From Takakia lepidozioides (Eukaryota > Plantae > Bryophyta), in NCBI GenBank assembly GCA_030704615.1, contig CM060734.1, positions 43,710,001-43,774,000 of the forward strand: DNA of 64,000 bases, written 5' to 3'. Below the pieces are notes generated by a model. The model saw only the letters and a list, made by a program, of their open reading frames with translations, was not told the DNA's origin and made no database searches. Position 1 is the stretch's first letter; every line of letters begins with the position of its first letter. Below, one piece after another: positions 40,422-52,273 of this stretch. The position numbers and the translations under genes are program-made.

Positions 40422-41498
40422 ATGGATGACACGCTATGGAGCGCTCTCCCTGAGGCCTTGGTGGACACGGTCCTGGCCCTCCTGCCGCTGAAAAGCTTGT
40501 TCCGGATGCGATGTGTATGCAGGAGATGGAATGAGCATATAGCTCGCTCCAGTGGCTTTGCAAAGCTGCATTCAGAGGTCTCACCGCCTCAGAAACCTTG
40601 GATTGTTGCCCGTACAAGGGAGCGTAAGTTCTCGGCTTATGACCCCAACTTGGAGAGGTGGTGTTCACTTTCAGTGTCTTTTCTTCCAGACCCTTTCTTG
40701 AACGTAATGGTTTCAGCAGGGGGATTACTCTGTTGGTATTGTGAATTCGATCTCGAAAAAGATAGTCAGCTCTATGTGTGTAACCCTCTCACACAGTCAT
40801 GGCGGAAATTGCCCCTTGCTCATCCCAAGCTTAAAACCATCGATCAGCTGGGTATGATCTACGACGAAGGCTCCAGAACCTACAAGATTTTCACATGGAC
40901 TGTTGTCTTTTGTGGGGGTCGGGCCGTAGACATAGTGATGGTATACGATTCCAAAAGCAACAGATGGGTAGCAGGGGGCACTCCCAAAGAAGGGATGGGT
41001 TGCAGTGATTCACCTCCTGTCCTGTGCAATGGAACGTTTTACTTCAAGTGCAGGTTCTGGCCTTACTCAAAGGTATATGCATACAATATGGAGCGATGTG
41101 TCTGGAGAGAACTCCATGCATTGACACCGCGTTTCTTTGAGTATGAACCATCTCTCGTCGGATGTGAAGACCGGCTATTCATGGTGGGTTATGTACAGGA
41201 GCGTCGACATATATGGGAACTAGTTGATAAGCTCATCGAACTGGAAAGGTGGGTGGAATTTGATACAATGCCCGGTGAACTTGCGAAAGATTTTTCCATT
41301 AAGGATAATACAGATCCCCTTGCATGCTTTGGAACTGGTGATCAAATTTTTTTCTTCTCTATCACAAATTCCATCGATGCTGGGATACTAGTGTACAATA
41401 TCTGGCACAAGACATGGCATTGGACTCCCAAAGAGAAGTGGAGATCCACGCATATAATAGGTGTCCCTTTCCAGCCGCGTCTGGATGTGCACGCTTAG
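40422..41498 (+). CDS. Single-exon F-box protein with a kelch/FBA-like beta-propeller C-terminus
   Basis: WSALPEALVDTVLALLPLKSLFRMRCVCRRWN F-box, plus SAGGLLC, LYVCNPLTQSWRKLP, VYDSKSNRW and terminal PFQPRLD. An alternative in-frame ATG lies at 40377. Confidence 0.9.
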   Translation: MDDTLWSALPEALVDTVLALLPLKSLFRMRCVCRRWNEHIARSSGFAKLHSEVSPPQKPWIVARTRERKFSAYDPNLERWCSLSVSFLPDPFLNVMVSAGGLLCWYCEFDLEKDSQLYVCNPLTQSWRKLPLAHPKLKTIDQLGMIYDEGSRTYKIFTWTVVFCGGRAVDIVMVYDSKSNRWVAGGTPKEGMGCSDSPPVLCNGTFYFKCRFWPYSKVYAYNMERCVWRELHALTPRFFEYEPSLVGCEDRLFMVGYVQERRHIWELVDKLIELERWVEFDTMPGELAKDFSIKDNTDPLACFGTGDQIFFFSITNSIDAGILVYNIWHKTWHWTPKEKWRSTHIIGVPFQPRLDVHA

Positions 41499-43219
41499 CA
41501 CACTGCGTCTGACGTGGACCCATCATAATACACATTAGGAGCTTGAAGATGTTTCTATAGGTGCTTCAGGTGCTGTACAGAGACAGTGAGTGCCCCTAGT
41601 TTACTCGGGCTAAAGTTTAGCTCTTGTATAAATCAGTGTACATAAATGTATGATATTTAGTACATCGTGCCAATGTAAAGCTCGCCATATTATTAGAGGT
41701 TGTACTGGCGTAGTTGAACTACCCAAGTGTTAATCAAAACGTATACGGTATAAAAAACGGTTTGGTTGAACTGTTAAGACTGTCGGGCCTGGACCAAACA
41801 ATAATCGGTCACCCTCTCTTTCTACTCATGTGAATGTTCACACATTTTTCGACTTACTCGTTGACCCTCGCATGTTGCAATTTTGTTAACCCCTAGACAC
41901 CTAGGCAGTGGCCGTGTAGTTCCACTTGAACGAGCAGTGCGCCTTGGATTCTCAACGGAATCCATAGCTGCAATGTGCAGCATCTTCAGGAACGTTTGAG
42001 CTAGCGAGTTGTCTTCTCCTATGCACGCAGCTGTTTGGAAGGTGAGAGAGGTGAGCGAGAGAAGATAGATTTGGAGTTTCTACCTCCTCGCGCTGAGATT
42101 TTACTTCGACACTTGGTGGGTAGCTGGCAAAGACGAAACGGGGTTGGCTATCTGAACGGATGCAGGCTGGCACAGCGCTGGGATGTGTCACAGCTTGGAT
42201 TAGGGACAGTGCTTTCCCGTGTGGATCCAATACAAAATGTAGGTGGACCTACTTCCCATCCGGATTTCAGTTTTCCAAACAACGTCGCAAGAAGCAAAAT
42301 AGTGGCTAAGTGCAGCAAATACAGTAAGGTCCAAAATCCTTTCCAAAACATGATCTGAAAAATTAGCAGTCGTGTTACTGTGAAATTTGGATTGGATTGA
42401 CAGCCATTTAATAAGAATTTCACAGCTGTGCCCACAAATAAGCGTGTTTTAAGTGCAGTTGAAGTACAAAGAGGTAATTGTTGAAGAAGTTAGCACCTTT
42501 AAAAGAATCCAGGTCTGTTTAATACACAATGTGGTCCCTTGATGCAGGGTCCCTGCCTCACACAACAATGGCAGCATCTCAAGTACTGTAATAGTAGCAT
42601 ATCGCCATTCATATAAGCTTAGTATGAACATATATACAGAATCATGTCCTGTGGCTAGCTTCTGGACCGCGACAACTCTGAAACAGATGGGATAACTGCT
42701 TCGATATGCCATGGAAAAATGGATAAAAGATCGAATTCTCAACTTAGCATATTTTAGTCTCTCCACAGTACATGAAAAGGAAACGCAAAGGTATTGTAGA
42801 CTGTGGAGGATCAACATGAGTGCTAAGGAACCGCACTTACGTGTTGTTGAGAATGCCCCCACTGTAGAAATGCAATAAGGTGGAATCAATGCCACAAGAA
42901 ATTGGTCCTCTCTCATATATCTCTGCCATCTGCAAAGAACAAATACAGCTGTGGCCAGAAAGTAGTTGTGGTTGATTAGAATTCTCTGCCACATCTGCAA
43001 GTCTCAGAGAATGTAAGCTGGAAAACTACCCACGTTGAACAGCAGAGGAGGTTTTGAAGTGGGTGAAGCGGTGGGGGAAACAGAGCAGTAGCGAGAGACC
43101 GAGTGTGAAACTACAAGTGAGCAAAAAAAAAAAGTGCTAGAACAGACAGAAATTACACTGAAGCATCATAACTCTCAACATACCAACATACCAAAGTTTT
43201 TTTTTTGTGCGGAACACTA

Positions 43220-44450
43220 ACCATGTTAAGCTCCCCATTGATCTGTCCATACTCATCAGAGACCCAATGGCGTGGATATTCAGTGATAGGACTGCAAATT
43301 TCAAGGTTGCCCGCAGGCGGGACGCAGTTGCGACATATGTTGATGGGAATGCATGCCCCATCTGTTGCCTTGTGCAGCTGTGGGAATTTCAACACATAGA
43401 CATCAGTCCCAAGTGCAAGTTGGCTCTGACCTTATTCCATCCCCAAGCCAACAAAACCAATGGGAACAGTTATCTGATTGTCAGACATGCAGCATAGATC
43501 ACACGTGGCCCTTTTCACTGTTCCGAAGACGACTTTTAGGTGCAATTCTACATCTTCCTCATTGTCGGTCAGAATCAAAGAACATTTACAAGAGAAGTGT
43601 CAGTGCCCAATTGGCAAGTCTCTTCAGGCAGGCCATGGTCGTGCATGTAATTGTAGACTCCCACAGGATCACCCCCTTGGCAGCTGCCAGCGACTTCAAC
43701 AGTGCAGTTCAACATCCTGTAGAAAAGACATCCACACAGTTTAGGTTTGTATAGCTGTCTGGAGGCCGATTTGCAAAAGAGGCAGAGGGAAGTGATGTGA
43801 CAGATATACAAAATTAACCGATAGAGAAGAAAGTACGTACACATGCACAGAGTATTGAATATCAGGACATTGAGCCTTGCGAAAGATTTTGTGTCGATCT
43901 GCCAATGAACTCAATGCTCCATCTGCCCAGCATGACCCTGCCATCCACATCACTACAGATTCTCAACAAAATCGCCTTGGTTCATGTCATGTTCCTTCTG
44001 TAGACCACAAAACTTTGTGAAGTTTTTTTTATGCATTGCAAAACTAGGCAGTTGCTCTCTCCTTCTCTCCTCATAACTCTATCTCCAGCATGCAGTGACC
44101 AACTTAGTTCCTCTCTGCTTTTTGCACAGTGAGATTTCTAAGTGTATCTTCCTTCTGCTTGTGGGTACTTTACTTTTCACACATCTTTACGACTACCTCC
44201 ACAGCAGAATGCATACTCACAGGAATTCGCTAGTCATATGTGTTACCTCCCGCTGACTACTATCTCATAATGGTATGTTTTCAAACGGTAGATGCAGACC
44301 AATACAAAATCGTGCGCTGCTAAGTTATATGCAAGTTGCAACCAGCCTGCGCTTGAGGACCCAGTCCGTCTTTTATGCCTTCTCCAGTCCTTGCTGTCCC
44401 TTATGCTGTTTAGGCCTTCTGTGGACGTTTTCAATTTCCTTCCCGTCCCT
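43220..44450 (-). pseudogene. Cathepsin Z/X-like papain (C1A) protease, N-terminal exons, degenerate
   Basis: Exon remnants GSCWADGALSSLADRHKIFRKAQCPDI (43937-43843), MLNC..EVAGSCQGGDP.GVYNYMHDHGLPEETCQ (~43716-43608) and CIPINICRNC.P....CSPI (~43372-43222). A stop lies in the NQHIP-equivalent exon near 44230. Confidence 0.8.
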
Positions 44451-45446
44451 CATTTCTTTCTGTCTTGCTGTCTCTATCTTCCTCCCTCGGTATGCTCGGC
44501 GAGCAAAAGAAATTCACAAACCTTAAAATGAAAGGTAGTCAGAAGATTATACAGGAATCGAGAAGGTCATCTAGTCCCAACGATAAATTTTGCAGAGCTT
44601 TCCGGAATTTGCGACTAAAACTCTACTCCAGCATCGACAGTTTACTAACTCTCTAGCAGATTGCTGTAGTGATAATATGTTTAGCCAGTCTCATGCAAAC
44701 GTTCAGCTTAACGTGCTAGCACCCAAGATCATTCCTCTTCCTCTCCCCTCTCTCGTTGTCCCCCGAAAGGACAGACACACATATCAGGGTCCTGCCAGGC
44801 TGCCGGAGTCTGAAATCTTGCACAAGAAAAACGCAGATGGTTGGAGAGCAGAGTGCGCCACACCGATCATTCTTCGCACTGTGCGAGAGAACAAAACGTC
44901 CAAAGTCCAAACAGCATCTGCTTCCCGCATCCTTGACGTCACTTGGGTCGTCCCACGCAACAGCCAACAGATCTGTCCACTTCGCCACGAGATCTGCAGT
45001 TCAAACTCACAAATCTACACGAGCTCCACTTTGCTGAAGTCCCGGAGCCTTCATCACCCATTGCGTCAATCTTCTTCTGCACTCTCTTCTCAGAGTAAGA
45101 ACTGGTTTGCGAGGCCAGAAATTGAAAGGTATTCGTTTCTTCGATCGGTGAGCGTTCCATACTTCGAACAGATTTGGACCTTCTTTCTCTTTAGATTGTG
45201 TCGAGGTTCAGCAGTGGCAGATCTACCGCAATTTCACTCGAATCAGTATCCCAAACTCTAGCTCACTCTCATCCACTGGCATCCAATCTGATGAGGAAAC
45301 CTCCCCCAACGTGGGAGATAAGAGAGATCTGCCCAGCAAGGGAATTGCTGCAGCTCTCAACATGTTGGGTGGACGCTCACAAGCTAACTGCAATCATCTT
45401 GCAAGGGCATACTAAATGTGCATATTTGATATCCAAAAGTGGAAGC

Positions 45447-46971
45447 TCAAGGGCTCCTTTCAGTTGTCTGCAAAACCTTCCTTATGATCGACTGGAGCGC
45501 TGCTGCACTGGCAGCACAGTTGGCATCAGTGAAGCATGAACGCCCCTCCTCTGCCGCTCTTCCAAGCATAGGGTCCACAGGCACCCTCCCTAAAAATGGA
45601 ACTCTCATTTGCTTACACAATTTTTCAGCACCCCCTGCCCCACCATAAAACACTTCAGTACAAACAAATGCTGAAAGCAAGTGTGGGGCGTGAATCCGTA
45701 ACTGCTCCATCAACTCTTCTGAAACATCCTTCTCTTCCCCGTCAGCACTGATGGTCTTGAATTCCACACACTCTAGTTGTTGGTGTAGCTCACTCATGTT
45801 CTCCACCACACCTAGCACCCGAATCCCTACCTTCTTGCAAAAGTTTATCTCCTTCCTGACATCGATCAGGGACACTTCTTGTGGGGTGGTGACATCCGTC
45901 ACATGTGGGGTGGTGACAATGATGGCACCGTCAACATTAGTCGCCTTCAAGTACTGCATTATGGAGATGTGCTCGTCGGAGGTGCCTGGGGGGGCATCGA
46001 CCACTAAGTAATCTAAGTCACCCCAATCAACATCTTTCAAGAACTGTTTGATCAATCCATTCTTGCGGGGTCCACGCCAGATTACTGCCTCATCAGAGTC
46101 TGACAGCATAAACCCAATGGACATCACCCCCAGGTTATCTTCCACGTACACTGGTGACCAGCCCAAGTTGCTCTGATGAATCTCTTGTCCTTCAAGACCT
46201 AGCATTTTTGGGATACTCGGCCCACAAATGTCAATGTCCAGAAGCTCAACTTGCTTGTCCTGACTGGCCAATGCAAATGACAGCTGTGCCGCAAATGTGC
46301 TCTTGCCAACACCCCCTTTTCCAGACAACACCAGCACCTTGTGCTTCACACTACTCATCCGCTCTCCGATCACCAGAAGCTCTAATAGTCTCAAACCAAC
46401 CCCCCCCCAGAAAACATGGAAGCCATAAGTCCAAATTCCCAGAACTGGTGACCCAATGATAATCGCTCCCTCAAAGATTTACAATGCTAACCTTACAATA
46501 AAGGGGTTGCAATCAATTAGATCTTCTGTCAAAAAGCAAATTCACTACATGCTGACAAACAAGCCTCACCGAAATCCTACTCAGAATTAGGAACCTTGTA
46601 CATAATCTAATCCACAGACGCATACCTGGGTCAGGGCCCTTGGGGGCTGTAGCACAGGCCTCTTGATTTGGGCAACCCGCACATGCTTCTGCCTTCCCTG
46701 CTGCCTCCGCCTCTGTGCCCGGACAATCTGTACACCAGCACCAAATTCGGAAACAAACTTAAGCAACTACAATTCCTACTTCTAAACTTATCATACGGAA
46801 AGACTGAACAAGAATGATACTGAATTTCTAGGCTCTCAGATCTGAGAGAGTGGTATCTTCAGAAAAGCGAGACAATCAAAACAGGGCGCACTCACGTTCA
46901 TTGGCGTCCTCCGGAACCTCCCCAACCGCTTTTCCATTTGCAACAGCGCCCTCCATCTCCATCTCCACCAT
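45447..46971 (-). CDS. NBP35: Cytosolic Fe-S cluster assembly factor NBP35 (P-loop NTPase); exons 46971-46896, 46727-46626, 46381-45447; possibly a decaying copy
   Basis: N-terminal HCPG...[11 protein letters not shown] Fe-S motif, Walker [44 protein letters not shown]. Introns are GT-AG and in phase. Confidence 0.92.
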
Positions 46972-47189
46972 GATCGATTCCTACGTTGCTGCTGCCTCTC
47001 TGCCCTGGTCGTGTGACTCCAACCAAGTGACCTCGCGCAACAACAACAACAATAACTAGGCCTGAGATACACTGAGGCCCTGCCATTGTTTTACTGATAT
47101 AAAATTTTATGCAATGATGTTATGGCTAATAATAATGTATCTTAATTCTGAAGTGATTATGAAGTGGTGTTCAATTTTATACTAACCTA

Positions 47190-48350
47190 TCTTAGTTCCT
47201 CAATCTGCCTGGAAGTTGATTTGGCAGGACGTATGGAGTAAGCAGAGATCGGCGAAGGTGTCAGCTTTCCTCTGGAAACTCTGCAACCGCATCCTCCCTC
47301 TCTCCTTTTCTCAATTACCTCCCAATAATATCTGCAGGTCCTGCTCCTTGGGGGAAGGAGAATCGTATGAGAAATGCTTTCTAACTTGTTCTTTTGCTTC
47401 CTCCATTTGGTCCAACTTATTTATATATTCGCTGGCACATTTTCAGCTGCAGAGATCCCTTGCTTATTCTCCTTAGCATCTCATCTGAAGCTTCTGTCTG
47501 GACTGCCCTTCGCGGGTTGGGACTTCGACATATATGGAAGGCCCGTTGTGCTTTAAATTTTTATCGCAAACCTTTGCGTGTCAAAGCCTCCCTGGCTTCC
47601 ATTTTCTTTGACTTACCGGTAGCGGGCCGCAAACTGTGGGGGGTTTTTTTGGAAAAAGCTGGCAGATGCTCCGAGGAGCGGAGGGCTTCCCTTTTCTCGA
47701 AATTCGATGCCGAATGGGGGCATGCAAGAGTTCTTTGTCAAAGGCAAGGAGAGAGTGTCACCTGGGCACCCGGACCTCCATTCCACTAGTGAATCCCCTA
47801 ACCACTGGGCTTCCCCTGCATAGTTGGAAAGAGACATCAATTGGCGTCACCGCAACGGCCGTGCTTCTGCTGCGAGGGCCCACTTGGATTTCTGATCAAG
47901 GATGGGGCAGTACCTTACCAGGATTCAATGGCTTTTTCAGACTGCGTTCTTTGGGGTTTATCCTCATTGGTGGACTTGGTATCTGTTTTGAGGCTGATCT
48001 TTGGGCTGCTCTGGCTCAAGTTCTTTCTTGTTCTAGTTCCTATTCACTCTTTTAGATTGGCTGGTAGGTCGGCCCTCCTCGCTTGTTGGGGTGCTGCAGG
48101 GATTTTTTGTTTGCTCCCCCGTGCAGTCCGTATGGCAGCGTCACCTTGGCTCTGCTGACTGGCAAAATCCCGTTTAGCAGTTTAGATTAGTAGCTTCACC
48201 TAGGGGCTGTCTCTGGCTTCATTCCAAGTCCAAACAGATTGTCCAACATCCTGTTGGCTGTACCTGTTTGGCTTTGTTTCTCCCCTCTTGGGTTCTATTG
48301 TTTAAGGCCTTCATTAGATTAGTAGTTTCTGCCTGGTTGCAGGCATGGCC
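47190..48350 (+). mobile_element. 5'-truncated LINE (L1-like) fragment: zf-RVT domain and 3' UTR
   Basis: WQDVWS...AKVSAFLWKLCNRILP...CRSCSLGEGES..KCFLTCSFASSIW, then LRHIWKARC..F and F..EWG after a frameshift. Confidence 0.8.
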
Positions 48351-49349
48351 CATCTTGGGCCTCCCCCCTTTCTAGGTGGGAAGTAATTCCAACGGTCAGT
48401 TTTAGAGGGACACAGAGATTCTCTAGATAATTTTTTTTTTGTGGGCCAGGGTCATGTTTTTCCACGAGAGGGTGAAAATGAGTTTTGACACTTAAGGGTT
48501 AATGCAGCCACGAAATGGACTTTCGATACATTAGGGCATAAAAGAGTGACGGATCTGCAGGAAGACCAATCTGCCTGTAGCAAAAAGTGCAAGATCACCC
48601 ATGAACATTCAACTGCCCTTCATTCGGAACAAGCGGACCGTCTCCTAGAGCGGTTTAGCAGTCATCCAAAGGGGGTTTGGGCTTCTTCTTCTTTGTGTAT
48701 CAGGATTACTTCGTAGCCATGGTGATTGATTGCCCCTAGAGGCCCACAATATGTGATTTTTCCCAAACAGATATTTCTATGAACTTCGGTCCAGAATCTT
48801 CTTGGTAAACTACCACCCAGCTGGCTGCCGTAGCTTCTTTGAATGCCAGAGCTTTCCTGCATATACCAATAAATATAGAAGCTACAATTGAGGTCGCCAA
48901 CCTCCGTTCACGGTTGTCCGTCAATCAGGATCCAGAATATCATTCTATTTTGTGTTGCATAGAAGGGACTGGGAATTGGTTCGGCAGTGGTGACAAAAAC
49001 ATCGTGCTTCCTCAGGAAAAGTGCATCGAGAAGAACAAGTAAAGTGTTCAGGTGAGAAGTAAAAACACCTGCAAAACACACAGATCATATCACAAGTCTT
49101 TCCATGGTATAGTGCAGTTTCCCCCCTTTTGATAGTTTGAGTTTAGATCATGGTACTACAATGTCCAGTGAGAGTCTTAGTGTCCTCAGTGAAGTTAAGA
49201 ACCAGTGATTTTATAATTGTTAATCATGATCCATCCATGTTCTTCAGTATGAAATGGCTGGAATGTAGCATGTGTAAGGTGTCTGTCAATTCATACACAA
49301 TAAACATAAGCCGGATGAATCGTTTGTTGTTACTTGTTTTTGTGCACAA

Positions 49350-49745
49350 GAGGGTGGAGATTGCACAGTGGCAGGCTGGGGTGAAGAGAATGGTATCAAG
49401 TATTGGATCATCCGGAACTCCTGGGTGAGCCAAGCTATGTTTCTTTCTCTCTTACTTTTCAACCCACTGTGCACTTTGGGATGGGCAGGATGCTACCAAT
49501 CGGGCCCAGTATCCAGAGACTAACAAACCATCATCATATGCAATGGGGCTTGTGCCCTCTAAAGGTTGCAAAACATGAACATGACAAGGTGAAGTGCACT
49601 AGTTTCTAGTATACTATACACCAGATATAGCTCCTGTCAATCCTTCCCTTGCACACCCCAAAAAAATTCTCTGTGCCATTTCTGGTGATAAATGCAGGGT
49701 ACATACTGGGGGGAGCAGGGGTGGTTCCGATTGCTGGGGAGTTAG
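49350..49745 (+). pseudogene. Cathepsin C-terminal exons (catalytic Asn region), opposite in orientation to the N-terminal half
   Basis: VAGWGEENGIKYWIIRNSW followed by a GTGAG donor (~49367-49425), and acceptor CAG then GTYWGEQGWFRL.. with a stop at ~49742. Confidence 0.8.
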
Positions 49746-50126
49746 CCCATATAGAAGCGAGAGAAATTTCAGATGCAGGATCAGGCCACAGTCACCCCCT
49801 TGCCTCATATGGAGGAAAAGGTAACATCATTGCTTTGATTTTTTCTACGCTGTAGGCAAATCCAAAAAAATCATAATGGGGTGTAACAGCCCGCCCAGGA
49901 ATGCTCCTTTGGCTGATTTTTCAAGAACAGGTGCAAATCAACGAGGCAGCCTTCTCAAACCCTTAAAGCAGAGTGGTTGGACAGTTCAGTCCCCTGAATC
50001 CATATCTCACAGCACACTTCATACAATCACACAGTTGCAGGATCCTTCCTCTATAAAAAGAGTATTTTATCCACAATATCCATTGCTAATGACACAATCG
50101 TGTGTAGGGTCCAAGGGGCTTGTACA

Positions 50127-50189
50127 TTGAGAGCCTCCTTCACCTTCAGAGCAGATGCCTGGTCTGTGAACACAGCAAATGCTACAATC
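50127..50189 (-). pseudogene. Isolated RRM-protein exon (RBPMS/U1A-like RNP1 region)
   Basis: CAG|IVAFAVFTDQASALKVKEALN|GT; no convincing neighbouring exons. Confidence 0.5.
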
Positions 50190-51527
50190 TGCCCTGACAC
50201 ATGCAAGAAACTCATCATCAGGAATACGTTCAACCCACATCTTCTGATTCTTCATCATCAGTAGTGACACAATAACCGGGCATGAGATTATTACAGCTGC
50301 AAGCTTACAGATTAACACCATCTTGTCTAATTCACTGAGTCCAGGTTTCATGATTCGACTAGAAAACAGGTACCACGTTAAACAACTGCAGTCCAAAGAC
50401 TGTGACTCCCGCTTTGATCACATACACTCCCGCTTTATCGCAATTGAAACTTTCACTTCATCGTAAAGATCCAGCAGCCAACCCAGGTTTTGAGTTAGAC
50501 TGACCAATTTGTATGTAAGTGTGCTATCTGCTATGCAAGAGTGCAGGTTTAGCTGCAGAGGAGGAAGCTACCTATAAAATAGAGTTCTACTCACCCACAG
50601 TTCAATTACGACAAACTACACATGATGTTCAAAGCTGTTATAGTGCACCAGGTGTTTTCCATCTGTAACTGTACACAAGTAGAGCAAAATATTACCTCGA
50701 ATAAACGAGAAGGACCTCGGAAAAAATCTCCCCAAGGAACTCCCAAAGAACAGATTATGGAGCTACTTATCTACGAGACTTTACAATCGAGAAACCCCAA
50801 AGGCGGAAATTTCGACCCTCCTTGTAGGTGGCCTCCCAAGGGACAATATCGTAGAAGCTCAGTGAGCTCATCAGACCGTCAACCTGAGGCTCAGATCTGG
50901 TCACGGATAAACTCTCTGAAACTACTGATCAAACGGAAGAGTCTTTACCAAATATCACTGTAGCAATCTTCTGATATTTGAAGATCATCAGATCATGTAT
51001 GACGTCCCTAGATCATCTGGTGTGTGCAACAAGAAATGTGACCACGTAGAGTTACGTGGATATTGAGTGTAACTCTACAAATGTACCATATCTAGGGTAT
51101 TAAGTTGTAGGACTTCATCAAACCTTCCAGGACCTACCGTGAAGTCAAGCATCACCTGTCCCCCTGTGATCATTGATGGACAAGTCCATCCTTGATATAA
51201 AGAAAAAGTACAGCGGACCTTCCATCTATTCCCGCTCAAACACAGCGGGCATGCCCCGGTGAGGTACGCTACCATCTGCATGCCCTCTGATACCCAGCAT
51301 CCGAAATGAGGGACTAGGACGTATTTATCAACCATCGAGGGCCGGATGTCACCAGAGGCAGTTATTAAGCAATACTATCAGGCCACTGCAGCTCTATATA
51401 TACCTCAGCTAGTATGGAGCAAACTCTCTCTCCAGATTGTTATATGCCTTGCAACCACTACATTTAACAGCTCGAGCTCCAAGAACTTGGCTCTGGACAA
51501 CCAAAAGAGAAAACGAAGGTGCAAACC

Positions 51528-51790
51528 AGTGTTGTGCTGGTAAATAGATTTTTGCTTTTCCTCCGGGTAAGGGTAAATAGAAATCAGAGGATTATTTATC
51601 CTCCGGGTAAGGGTAAACTATTTATATGTCCCTTTATTTATCCTCCGGGTAAGGGTAAATTATATATATGTCCATTTATTCATCCTACGGGTAAAGGGTA
51701 AAGGCCAATATTTTTTAACCGGGTAAGGATAAATACAGGGTAAGGATAAATGCCCTTTATATACCCACCGGATAAATAAAGGATATATAG
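51528..51790 (+). mobile_element. One end of a hAT-like element with subterminal repeats
   Basis: Starts CAGTGTTGTGCTGG, like the TIR at 39429, followed by repeated TCCTCCGGGTAAGGGTAAA and GGGTAAGGATAAA. The other end was not found. Confidence 0.6.
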
Positions 51791-52273
51791 AAAGATATAT
51801 AAATTTTTGGTTTGTTATGCTCAACTCAAAAATTATAACGAATTAAATTAAGGCAATCAATTGATTTATATGTTGTGAATAATATGAGGGATGATCGTGA
51901 GAGTGTTTCTTCACACCAAAGATAATAATCAAACAAAGCCAAATAAGACCATGTGCGATTGCCTCGTCCACAAAACTACCTAGTGCCACCAAGATCCACG
52001 TAATAGATAATAATGAAACAAAGATAATAATGAAAGAGAAACTAGTGCTTCCAAGAGCTAGGTAAAGATAATGATGAAACAAAGGAAAATATGAATATGC
52101 AATGTAATATATAATTTCAATGCCTATGACTAATAAAATGACATAATCAATGTATAGCGTCTATAAAGTTCTCCATGATTCTCCAAGCAAGATAGATTCA
52201 TTGGCCAAGAAGTGAAAAGAGGGGACAACTGAATCATGGGCATTTTTTATTTTTATTTATTTTTCCCAAATAT

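Noticed and set aside
44590-45261. 223-aa plus-strand ORF
   Set aside because: TTG start and no recognisable motif; it occupies the presumed upstream region of the cathepsin remnant.
48490-48502. piggyBac-like end (AAGGG-TTAA)
   Set aside because: Too short and no matching opposite end found.
50620-51520. Possible solo LTR
   Set aside because: LTR-like composition and a TATA-like element at ~51395, but no TG...CA termini with TSD and no second copy in the window.
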